Below, piece by piece: positions 52,604 through 64,000 of a DNA stretch of 64,000 bases. The stretch is from Lama guanicoe. Lineage: Eukaryota. Made by a program: the position numbers and the translations under genes. Position 1 is the first letter of the stretch. The number at the start of each line of letters is the position of its first letter. Below the pieces are notes generated by a model, which was not told the DNA's origin, did no database searches, and worked only from the letters and a program-made list of their open reading frames with translations. Where the stretch lies: NCBI GenBank assembly GCA_013239625.1, contig MU054187.1:12804974-12868973 (forward strand), read 5' to 3'.

Positions 52604-54002
52604 AATTTAAACACAAATTTAATGAAGAAAAATCCTGTACACAATTGTGGACACAACACACCTTTATACAGTAAGGCCAAGATAAACCTTGTCTTTTCAG
52701 TCTGCAGAGTACAAAAACGTAAAATGAAAAGGCTAGAAAAATTGTCAACTTCTGTTTGCTTCAAGCAAAAGAAAAAAAAAACTGAATTATTATTATTACA
52801 CATTTGGAGAATTCACAACTAATTCTAGCAGCAACATGAAACTTGAGAAAAGGATAGAGTAGCACTTCTGCCACTTTGGGTCAAAACTGGTGTTTTTTTC
52901 CTCCCAAAATATTATTAAAGAAAATTCATCCATGAAGTAATTTCATGACAATGGAAGGCTTTAGATGAGAGAAACTAGCGCCTAGATGAACTGACCGATC
53001 CCTTTTGGAGAAACTTTCTTAGGGTATTACAAAGGTGACTGTTTTTATTGCCCAGATTATGCTTGTCACGTAATAATCCATCCTGAGGGCAAAGGGTAGC
53101 GTTGTTTCCTTGGTGATGATGACCGGCCACGTCCACTGCAGGCGATGAACTTGTCCTGGGGGGGCTGGGTGGGGGCGGGGGGAGGTGAGTGTGGAGGAAA
53201 AGACAGAAGGACACAAAGGTAAGAAGTACTACAAAGTTTTGCTGAGTTCCAGCTATGGGGTAATGTCCTCCCTAACGTCATTTTAAACAGGAAAATGCAG
53301 ACACTGTCATCTGAGCACATGGAAACTCTGCGAGTGTCCAATTCATGAACCACTTTATTAATAAAATATATCTATCAATCAGCTACATTCTTTCTGTGGG
53401 AAGAAGCATTTGAATAATCATTTTTTCCCCAAGTAGTTACATATAATACACTAGGGTTGAAAATGAAAAAGTGAGGTTGTAAGAGGGCTTTTTTCCCCCA
53501 AATTAAGACACTGCTGTGTTATTTTACCAAGGCCCTCCTAACAGCATTTTTTTAAAAAAAAGAACTGATGGGGAGAAAAAAAAAAAAAGGAAAACAAAAT
53601 CCTATTGACACTTGACATCCATGCCTTTGGTCTTGACAACATCATCTAAAAAAAAAAAAATCCATTATCTACATATTTATACCCAGTACTTGGATAAGGC
53701 ACTGCACATCTGTGCACACTGCCTCATACTTCACGAGCAAGGCATTGCTACCTCTCAGCATCCTTTTCCTAAACAATATGTAAAAGAATCATCCATTATT
53801 ACAAATTTACACCAAAAATTCTTTCTGTACATGATTGTCTCAGTGATGTACATATTATACGTTTAAATTAGACATATTTTAAACTACTTTGCAATGTGCT
53901 AAAATTCAAAGTACTTGCTGTGTCGTGAGGCCAGGGCCTTTAATTGCTTCTCTCTTAAGCTAATCATCTCTTCAATTATTTGATGTCCAAAAAGTCTGTT
54001 CA

Positions 54003-54052
54003 AGTGAACTGTATGGTTCTTGAATTATACCTCAATAAAGCTGTTTTTTTTT
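54003..54052 (+). mobile_element. 50-bp L1 3'-terminal fragment in the EYA1 3' UTR with a 12-bp TSD
   Basis: gtgaactgtatggttcttgaattatacctcaataaagctgtt resembles old L1M (L1MB/MC-type) 3' ends. It is flanked by a perfect direct repeat, aaagtctgttca (53991-54002 and 54053-54064). Confidence 0.68.
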
Positions 54053-54544
54053 AAAGTCTGTTCATAAATAAGTAGAGATGTAGAGATTACCCTGGATATG
54101 AGACACCAAAAAGTAAACCTTTACAAGAAAAATCCCCCCACTGGTATTCAGGAAACACATTTCAGTCTTCGTTGTGCAATCAAGTTGGCTGTATTGGAGA
54201 AGCTGTTTATGTCACATTGAAGATTCTAAAAACTTAAGCATCTGCAGGTCCTTTCTTCACAGGTTTGAACCATGTAGTTAATGTGGCCAAGACACATCAC
54301 ACTGTGCTAGAACATTCTCATGGCTTATTTTCATGGGATTCACAGTACGAGAGTCAACAGCTGTTCTGAAGAAAGGGATGTGGTCCTTCACGTCCCGCTA
54401 GGGCAGAGGTGAGGACCCCCAGCAGCTGGGCATCAATACGTTGAAATCGCTAGTTTGGAGTCCAGCGCCGACACGGGACGCAGGCCTGCTGGATTTGTTC
54501 CTGGTCACAGGGCAGATGTGCGATTTCAAAGTGCTATGTGGCAG

Positions 54545-54748
<204 letters not shown>

Positions 54749-57082
54749 TTAAGATCTTAACATCACATCTGTTTAAAACAAAACTTCAAACTTAATCCTC
54801 CCCTAAGAATACTGGACTGCATTTTAAAATGGAACCTGGAGTCTGTTTCTTTTAAGAAGGTGATGGGTCTTTCTTCAGCACATCTACGCTGTGACTTGCA
54901 TGCCGATTTCAAACTTTAACTAAAACACAGTAGCTACGAACCAAAACCTTGTCCAACAGTTGCCTTTCAGAATCTGTACCCAGTGGATTTTTCACGCTGA
55001 AAGTTTAAGCAGCTTTCCTTTAGCTGGTGGTGGTTTTACATTTTCCAGAACTTAATGTTACTCATGTAAGAGGCAACTTTTGTTCATTTATTTCCATCAG
55101 GCGTTCTTCGCTCTGACGTTTAGACAGCTTTACCAGATGGGAAAATTTTAAATGAACACCTAAGGTAGGTTTCTGTTTTTTGGTAGTTATTGTTTAAAAC
55201 ATCAATCTCAAAATCTAGCTTAAATAATGGGAAGGTTTGTGAAATGTGTGAAATTCAAACCAGAGACAAGAAAAACGGGGGGAAAAAAACCCCACAGAGG
55301 TTACCTCATCCATGAAGGATGAAAACATGATTATGAAGTTGACTGCTCCAAAGCACTGGAGTAAGTACAAATCTTTTTCTTAGGTAAGTGAATGATAATC
55401 ATTACCTTTCTTTCAGAGGACAAAATTCTGTCTAGCCCATAGGAAAATAATTTTTTTCACACAAAAAATGGGAACCCTAAGTATAATTTGAAATTATATA
55501 GTTCAAAGGAATTTTTTAAAAAAAATTCAGACTATTAGGAGAATGTGGCATGAGAGCAAATAGAATTCGGAACTGAGGAGTTTGTGGGGGATTATCTGTA
55601 AGGAATAGAGAAGCTACTAGTGTCACTCGGTTATTAACACTCTTTGTCTCAATCTGCTAAAGGCCTGACCACAGTTCAATATCACGTGTAGATCTTTCTG
55701 GATTTTATACTGTTTTAGAATATGTCTATATTTGTGTTATCATTCAGTAATAGAATTAAACAGAACCAAGTACTAGAGATCTTTTCAAATTTTTAGAATG
55801 TCCTGCTTGGCAACTTTAGATCCTAAAAATAGACTGTACTGGCTTTCATTCACTCAATAATGACTTTTTGAATTTGCAGGCAGGGTGTAGAAGACATCCC
55901 AGGCCCACCTGCTCAGTCTGTGGGTGAGTAGCAGCAAAAAAGAGGTGGGGGGGGTCATTCCCTTTGCCCGGAGAACTGGGGAAACACTTGTTAAGAGGAA
56001 ATAATAGTTGAGCCAGTTATGAAAGGCCGATCACTTTAGAAGAGCACTTTAATGGCTGTGAGTGAAGGAGAGGAGCAGAGGATGAAGGAGAAATTCACCA
56101 CGAGCATCCTGGCTGTGTGAGAGAGACATGACTGTGACCTGATTGGCTGTAGGAGCCCAGTGGAGCAGCACCTGGTAACCCTCTTAAACAGAATAATAAT
56201 GGTAGTCTTATAATCACTCATTGTTAAATGTAAATCATGACTGAGGCTGGGGGAGAGGACAGGGAACTCAAACACGTGTTAACAAATAATTAGAACTAAT
56301 AGTGCAAAATAATATTTTCCCTAACTAAGCACATACTGATGTGAAGATTATGGCTCTAGGCCAAATGGGTGCAAAGTAAACAGGTTTTTTCTTGCATCAA
56401 TGTTTAGCTTGGAACAAATATTTCTTACATGAAGTCTTCGAGAGATGGCTGCAAAGAAGGAAAGAAAAGCAGGTTCGAGAATGAGGAGACCCGAGTTACT
56501 CTCTCAACTCTGACTTTAGTTACATGACTTCGAATCATAACAAACCTCCCTGGAGCTGCAGTTTGTTCATTTGTAAAATAAGGGTTTAGGGGGAATGACT
56601 CACTGTTGCTTCTAGGTTTAAGATGATCTATAACTTTATCATTATCATTAAAATCACCTATTGCTTCTCCATCACTGCAGGTACAGCAGATTTGTAAAAT
56701 AACATACACAATGTAAGCCTCCACTGCCAAGGACCAGCAGGTAAGATGTATCTGCTTGAAACTATTTCATTACAATATACAGCAGTGAGGAATTAAGAAT
56801 CGGGATGACCTAGCCAGAGCAATCAGGCAAGAAAAATAAGTAAAAAGCATCAGAATTGGAAAGCAGGAAGTAAAACTATTTGCAGATGACATGATTTTAT
56901 ATATAGAAAATCCTAAAGACTCCAACAAAAAAACCTGTTAGATATAATCAACAAATTCAGAAAAACTGCAGGATGCAACATTAACAAATATCAGCAGCAT
57001 TTCTATACTCTAAGAACAAATTATCTGACAAAGAAATAAAATGATCTCATTTACAGTAGCATCAAAAATAAAATACTTAGGA

Positions 57083-59991
57083 TTTCCAGTCAAGATGGCA
57101 GAACGGTAGGATCATGAGCTCCCCTGTCCTCATGACTACAATGAAACCACAACTGAATGCTAAAGGACCATCGGGAAAAAAGACTGGAACCTAGCAAAAA
57201 AGATCTGCACCTGGAAACGTAAAGAGGGAACCACAGCAGGACGGTAGGAGGGGCCCTGCTCACGATGTAATTGGGCCCTGTACCCCCTGGGTGGGCGACC
57301 CACAAGCTGAAGAATAGTTAAGCCACAGAGGCCCTCCCACAGGGTTGAGAGCTCTGAGCCCCACGCCAGGCTCCCCAGCCCGGGTTCTGGCTTTGGGAAG
57401 AGAAGGAAACCCCAGGACATCTGGTTTTGAAGGCCAGTGGGGCTTGGCTCCAGGACTGCCACAGGACTGGGGGAAATGGAGACTCCATTTGCTTGGGAAG
57501 CGTACACAGAAACTCACATTGCGCCAGGTCCAAGGCCAGAGGCAGTGATTTCATAGGAATCTGAGCCAGGTCTGCCTGCTGGATTTGGAGGGTCTCCTGG
57601 GGATGTGGGGGACAGCTGTGGCTCACTTAGGGGACATAAAAGCTGGTGGTGGGCTTTCCTGGAGGTTGACATCATGATTGGATCATTAGCATTAAGACCT
57701 AGCCCCACCAAACAGCATACAGGGTGGGAACACAGCCCCACTCATCAGCAGACTTCCTAAGCTACAAAGGCCTCTAGACACAGCCCTACCCACCAGAGGT
57801 CCAGGATCCAGCTTTACCCAGCAGTGGGCAGGCACTGGCTTCTCCTGCCAGGAAACTTGCATAAGCCTCATCCACCAGGGGCAGATACTAGAAATAAGAA
57901 AACAACTACCCCAAAGCCTGTGGAAGAAATCCACAAACACATGGAAAGATAGACAATATGAGGTGGCAAAGGAGTATCTCCCAGGCCAAGGCACAGGATA
58001 AAATCCCAGAAGAAGAAATAAGTGATGAGGAGCTAGGCAATTTATCTGAGAAAGAGTTTAAAGTAATGATGGCAAAGATGTTCAGAGAATTCAGGAGGAG
58101 TATAGATGCACAGAGTGAAGTTTTAGCAAAGAGCTGGAAAATATAAAGAATACCCAGAGTTGAAGAATAAAATCACTGACATGAATAACACACTAGAAGG
58201 AACCAAGAATAGATTAAGTGAGGCAGAAGAATGGATCAGTGAGCTAGAAGACAGATGAGTGGAAATCACTACTGCAGAATAGAAAAAAGAAAAAAATGAA
58301 AAGAAATGAGGATAGTTTAAGAGAACTCTGGGACGACATGAAGTACACTAATATTCACATTATAGGGGTCCCAGAAAAAGAAGAGAGAGAAAGGACCTGA
58401 GAAAAATTTTGAAGAGATAATCACTGAGAACTTCCCCAACTTGGGAAAGGAAACAGTAACCCAAGTCCAGGAAGTGCAGAGTGCCACACAGGATCAACCC
58501 AAAGAGGAACATGGCAAGGTGCATAGGCTTCAAATTAAGAAAAATTAAGGATGAGGAGAAAATAAAAAAAATTAGCAAGAGAAAAGCAACAAATACCATA
58601 CGAGGGAACTCCCATAAAGTTATCAGCTGATTTTTCAGCAGAAACTCTAAAGGCCAGAAAGAGTGGCATGATATATTTAAAGTGATGAAAGAGGAAAACT
58701 TAAAACCAAGAATACCCTATCCAGCAAGGCTCTCTTTCATACCAAAAGCTTCAAAGACAGACAAAAGCTAAAAGATTTCAGCACCATCAATCGAGCTTTA
58801 CAACAAATGTTAAAGGACCTTCTCTAGTCATCAAACTGTAAGAAAAGAGTACAAAAAGAAGGGGGGGGGGAAAGACCTACAGAAGATTGCTTTGGCTGTT
58901 TGGGGTCTTTTGTGGTTCCTTATAAATTTCGGAATTGTTCGTTCTAGTTCTGTGAGGAATGTCGTGAGTATTTTGATGAGGGTTGCGCTGAACCTGTGGA
59001 TTGCTTTGTATAGTATGGCCATTTTTATACTGTTGATTCTTCCAATCCAAGAACACAAGAAATCTTTCCATTTCTTTGCATCATTTTGGTTTTTGGAGTA
59101 TAGGTAACCTCCTTGGTTAAGTTTATTTCTAGGTATTTTGATGTTTTTGATGTAATAGAAATGTTTATGCTGGTTATAAAATTCTGGTTTTTGAAGCGGA
59201 AAAAAAAAGTGAAGAGCCACAAATGGCAAAATATCCTTCTTTCTCACAGGTGAGTTGTACTCCATTACATGTATATTTGCTGCATCTTCATTATTTGCTC
59301 AACTATTGATATGCACTTAGGATGCTTCCATGTCTTGGCAATTGTAAATATTGTTGCTGTTAACAGCAAGGTGTATGTATCTTTTTGAATTAATTCTTAT
59401 TTTGTGGTTGGCTTTAGAGCTTTAGCTTTTTAAACTTACATAATTATTAAAAACATTCTTAGAAACAATGAAGAGTACATATATGTAAATTAAAAAATAT
59501 ATGGGCAGTAAAAAAAAAAAGCTATCAAGCCATGAAAGACATGGAAGAAACTTAAAGGTCATATTACTATGACCTATCTGATTCCAACCAAACAACATTC
59601 TGGAAAATGCACAGCTACAGAAACAATAAAAAGATAGTGGTTTCCAGAGGTTTGGGGAGAGGGAGGGAGGATTCTTAGGACAATGAAATTATTCTGTATG
59701 ATACTCTAGTGGTGACTACATGCCATCATGCATTTGTCAAAACCCATAGAATGTACAACATCAAGAGTGAACCCTAATGTAAACTATGGACTTTGGTTGA
59801 TAATGTGTCCATGTTGGTTCATCGATTGTACTAAATATGCCACACTGATGCAGGATGTTGAGGGTAGCGGAGTACATATGTGTGGGTGGGGAGGGCTATG
59901 TGCAAACTCTCTGCATTTTCTGCTCAATTCTGCTGTGAACCTGAAACTGCTCTAAAACATAGTCTATTAATAAAAAATACATAAGTTTAAA
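57083..59991 (+). mobile_element. Complex L1 insertion: 5' UTR, ORF1, two inverted ORF2 pieces and an extra 3' segment
   Basis: Starts tttccagtCAAGATGGC. Frameshifted ORF1 at 57958-58827 (MRWQRSISQAKAQDK...LQQMLKDLL*). Minus-strand ORF2 pieces at ~58883-59170 and ~59219-59395. Perfect 13-bp TSD aaaatacttagga at 57070-57082 and 59992-60004. Confidence 0.82.
59520..59980 (+). mobile_element. L1MC1-like 3' end
   Basis: gtcaaaacccatagaatgtacaacatcaagagtgaaccctaatgtaaactatggactttgg...gaacctgaaactgctctaaaa. It is the reverse-complement homologue of 26942-27268. Confidence 0.8.
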
Positions 59992-61739
59992 AAAATACTT
60001 AGGAGGTGAAGGATCTCCACACTGAAAACTGTAAGATATGGATGAAAGTAATTAAAAAGGTATCCTATGTTCATGGATTGGAAGAATTAATACTGTTAAA
60101 ATGTCCATAGTACCCCAAACCCATCTACAGATTCAATGCACTTTTTATTAAGATTCTAATAGTGTTTTTAACAGAATAGAAAAAACAGTCTTAAAATTTA
60201 TATGGAACTATAAAAGGCCCCAAATTGCCAAAGAAATCCTAAGAAAGAACAAAGTGGGAGGCATCACACTTTCTAATTTCAAGCTATAATTATAAAGCTA
60301 TGGTAATCAAAACATAAAATCAAAATTTTATGGTACTGGCATAAAAACAGACACAGAAAAACCAAGCAGAATCCAGAGCCCAGAAATAAACCCATGTATA
60401 AATGCTAAGCTAATATTTGTACAAGGGAGCCAAGAATATTCAAGAAAAGACAGTCTCTTCAATAAATGTTGCTGGAATACTGGCTATTCAGATAAAATAA
60501 TGAAACAATTAACTTGAAAAGGTCTAAAGGCTTAAATGTAAGAACAGAAACCCTAAAACTCCTATAAGAAAACATAGGAAAAAAGCTCCTTGACATGAGT
60601 CTTGGCAATCATTTTTCAGATATGACACCTAAAGCACAAGAAACAACAACAAAAAATGTGAACTACATCAAACAAACAAAAAAAAAAGCTTCTGCACAGC
60701 AAAAGAAGTGACTGACAGAATGAGAAAAAATATCTGTAAACCATATATGTGATAAAGGGTTGACATCATTCAACTCAGTAGCAAAATAAATAACTCAATT
60801 TAAAAATGGGCAGAGGACCTGAATAGACATTTTTGCAAAGATATACAGATGGCCAACAATTATCTGAAGAGGCGTTCAACGTTGCTAATCGGAGAAATGC
60901 AAATCAAAACCACAGTGAGGTTATCACCTCTGAGCTTTTTAGAATGGCCTTCAGCAAAATGACAAGAGATAACAAAGGCTGATGAAAATGCAGAGAAAAG
61001 GGAACACTTACGTGGTGTTGGTCACAATGTAAATTGGTACAGCCATTCTGATAAACAGTATGGTGGCTTCTCAAAAAATTAAAAATAGAAGTACTACATG
61101 ATTGAACAATCCCACTTCTGGGTATATATCCAAAGGAAATGAAAACACCGTGTCAAAGAGATATCTGCACCCTCATGTTCATAGCCACATTATTTATAAT
61201 GGCCAAGACATGGAAATGACCTAAGTGTCCACTGACAGATGAACGGATAAAGACATTGTGGTATATATACATATAATGAAATACTTGGCCATAAAAAGGA
61301 GATCCTGCCAGTTGCAACAACATGGATGGACTTTGAGGGCATTATGCTAAGTGAAATAAGACAAAGACAATACTGTGTGATTGCACTTAGATGTGGAATT
61401 AAAAAACAAAAAACCTAAAGTCATTGAAAAAGATCAGATTTGTGGTTACCAGAGGCAAGGTGTGTGGGGAGGGAAAGGGAATTAGATGAAGGTAGTCAAA
61501 AGATACAGCCCCAGTACTTATTTACCTTCTAACTGGAAGTGTGTAACATGCAATATGGTGACTACAGTTAACACTGCTACATGGTATATTCGAAAGATAA
61601 GAGTCTACTAACCTTATTGTGGTAATCATTTCACAGTATATGTAAGTCAAGACATTAGGTTGTACACCTTAAATTTATACAATGCTGAATGTCAATTGTA
61701 TCTCAATAAAACCGAGAATCAAAACAATAAATTCAGAGA

Positions 61740-62380
61740 GGGGAGAGCTCAGCTCTAAGCTGGAGGGGGTAAATGGGTTCTGCGCTGAATCTGAAGAATG
61801 GGCAACTGTGGTTAGGTAGGTGGAGAGGGATAGGACTCCCAGTCAGGAGATGCTATGTGACAAAGGTGCACAGATTACCTCCTGTGGAGGTAATGGGGCT
61901 GGAACACTGTGTTCATGATAAGCACTAATAAGAAGGGAGATTTTTTCTTTTCCAGGTAGAAGTATGTTAAGCAATTTAGTGAGGAACTGGGGGAAGGATG
62001 GAACGGAGGTGTGGCTGGTAGCAGAGAAACCAGGCAAAGGAACGGGGAAATGGAGTGAGTGCACTGATGGGAGACACACGGTGAAGAGAGAATTCACACT
62101 ACTCGGTGATGGGTCTGAGGCAGAGAACAGCAAATTAAATTTGGGTGAACTGGTTTGGGACAGGAGAATTTATGTGCTGATACTCAGATGGGATACGTAA
62201 ATGGAGAGAGTCCATCAGGTAACTAGAGCCATGGGACTGGAAACAGAGCAAACACACAAATCTTAACAGAAATGATAGCTGAGACTGATGTGTATATGAT
62301 TTAGTTGGTCAAGATTAGGTGTATATTGAGAGAAGTGGATTCTAAGACCTAAATCATAGGAAGTAGCACATGCTTTTGGG
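61740..62380 (-). mobile_element. L2 relic
   Basis: gctgaatctgaagaatgg...taaatttgggtgaactggtttggga...gagtccatcaggtaactaga. Confidence 0.45.
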
Positions 62381-62499
62381 TCATTAGAACCAAAATGTTC
62401 CGTGACTAATGGGAAAGTAATAACACATACTTTCTATTCCTCTTGCCCATACGTGCAGCTTTCCACATCCCATTCTGCCATCTTTCCTCCTTGTCTGGT

Positions 62500-62960
62500 A
62501 TTTTGCATTGATCCCTTCTGCGTACACATAAGATTAATAATATAAAAAGCTGGGTGCATGGACGCTCACATATAATCTGAATTTTGCTGAATTGTTAAAA
62601 ATGTATTAACAAAATATTTCAAATACATAAAAGCACATAACCTTTGCCCCGACTATTGCACTTCTAGGAACTGATCCTACAGATACACTTGCCCCCACAT
62701 GAACCACAATGACTGCTCACTGTAGAACTGTTTGTAATAGTAAGTGCTGGAAACCACCGAAATGTTCAGCCCCAAGGGACTCATTAAATTATAGCGCGTC
62801 AACGTAACGGAATACGGATGCAGCCATTTGTGAGAAATTAGAGATGCAGAGTTGCAGGTACGGAAAAAAGTGAATAGTTACCATTTGTATAAAAAATAAA
62901 GACTATATCTGTGCTTTCACATGCATATGTTCTCTCTAAGAAAATTTGCATATGGAGGTA
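62500..62960 (+). mobile_element. Ancient L1 (L1ME-type) 3' relic
   Basis: cacttctaggaactgatcctacagatacacttg...actgtttgtaatag...ctggaaaccaccgaaatgttca. Confidence 0.6.
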
Positions 62961-64000
62961 CAGATAATTCCCAAATTGTAAATAAAGAGATACTCTAAGA
63001 ACTCATGGAGCTTTGCTCTTTGATTATTTGTATATCTGTCTCCCCTCTGGACAGAAGTGAGCTCTTTAAGTTGAATTTCATCTTCGTTCTTAAAGACCTG
63101 GCAGATAGTTTGTGCTCGTTAAGTTAAATGAATGTAATGGCTTTAGAATAATAAAGTTCTGTACTCAGTGTGAGTCATCCCTGTGTCTCACTTAAATCAA
63201 ACTAAAAGCAAAAACCTGCATTAAAAACGTCCTTTTCTAAACAGAAGAAGCTCTTATTTTTCTCCTGATTGAATTCAGAATCAAGCATTATTAATCAGAT
63301 TCTCAGCTTCATCTGGATTTTCAGCAAGTTTGGGAATGCACATTTAAAATGGACATATTTTTATGAAGCCTTTGTCATTATACAGAATAATGGATGCTTG
63401 CCATCCCCCTTCCCTCCATGTTACTCACAAGAGGTTCATTTTAAGTCGTTTTCTGAAAAGTAAATAAAGTAAGTTTCATTACAGAGTTATAAAACGAGGC
63501 CATTTCTACTCTGGAACCAAAAACTGTCAGCATGCATTTTTTTACTTACATTTTGATTTTTTAAAAATCACACATATATGCCTGGTTATTTTCACTTGAG
63601 GTAAGCTGTATTAGGGAAACAAAGAATTTGATGGTAAAAAAGAAAGCCTGGCAGATTTTGACAACAAAAGAGATACATGAAAGAAAGCTCTCTAGAGGCA
63701 GATGACTTGCTTCTTTGCACAGTCTAAGAGCAAAGAGGGGCTTGGAGATAACTCTTAAAAGAGATCTTTTTAGAATAATTTTTTTTAAACCAAAGTATTT
63801 CTAACCTTCTCTTTGAAGGGTTTTTTTTTTTAATAATATGAATTACAGAATTAGATGAAATTACTGATGAAACTCCTGGAACACTGGTAAAGAGAACCAG
63901 GGGGACAGAGCAGATTTCAGATGACCGAGACAAAACAGGTCACGGGCAGAGTACTTCCTGGTTTCCATTTCTGGGCTTAAGTACCTACCAGTAGCAGAAC

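Larger units (their letters stand above)
52580..54544 (-). other. EYA1: EYA1 3' UTR (~2 kb, distal end approximate)
   Basis: Follows the stop codon, is almost repeat-free and AU-rich on the mRNA strand, and ends at an AATAAA with a downstream U/GU-rich tract. Confidence 0.82.
56806..61720 (+). mobile_element. 5'-truncated L1 (ORF2 RT through 3' UTR), split by a 2.9 kb insertion
   Basis: RT motif LFADDMILYIENP at ~56877-56915. ORF2 resumes at 60005 and runs through the C-terminus to a 3' UTR ending tctcaataaaa (~61710). Antisense to EYA1. Confidence 0.88.

Overview
This is mammalian genomic DNA, probably camelid, judged from two Vic-1-like tRNA-derived SINEs and the L1 3' ends. The only host gene I can support is the 3' end of EYA1 on the minus strand. 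It comprises the last coding exon (54545-54625, [26 protein letters not shown]), a ~2 kb 3' UTR ending near 52580, and part of the last intron (54626 to the window end). Positions 1-52.5 kb are downstream intergenic DNA rich in transposon relics (L1, L2, MIR, Tigger1, MER, MLT), with repeat-poor patches carrying developmental TF motif clusters. The most notable structures are: a TSD-bounded, originally full-length L1 (33586-42361) with nested Tigger1, L1 and SINE, whose RT region is replaced by a GC-rich repeat block; a TSD-bounded 2.9 kb complex L1 insertion with two inverted pieces and a candidate 3' transduction (57083-59991); a 50-bp L1 tip inside the EYA1 3' UTR; and a cluster of five K50-homeodomain sites ~4.7 kb past the poly(A) site. 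I see no convincing novel protein-coding system. Repeat family names come from recall of consensus sequences, not from a database search, and boundaries of old repeats are approximate.
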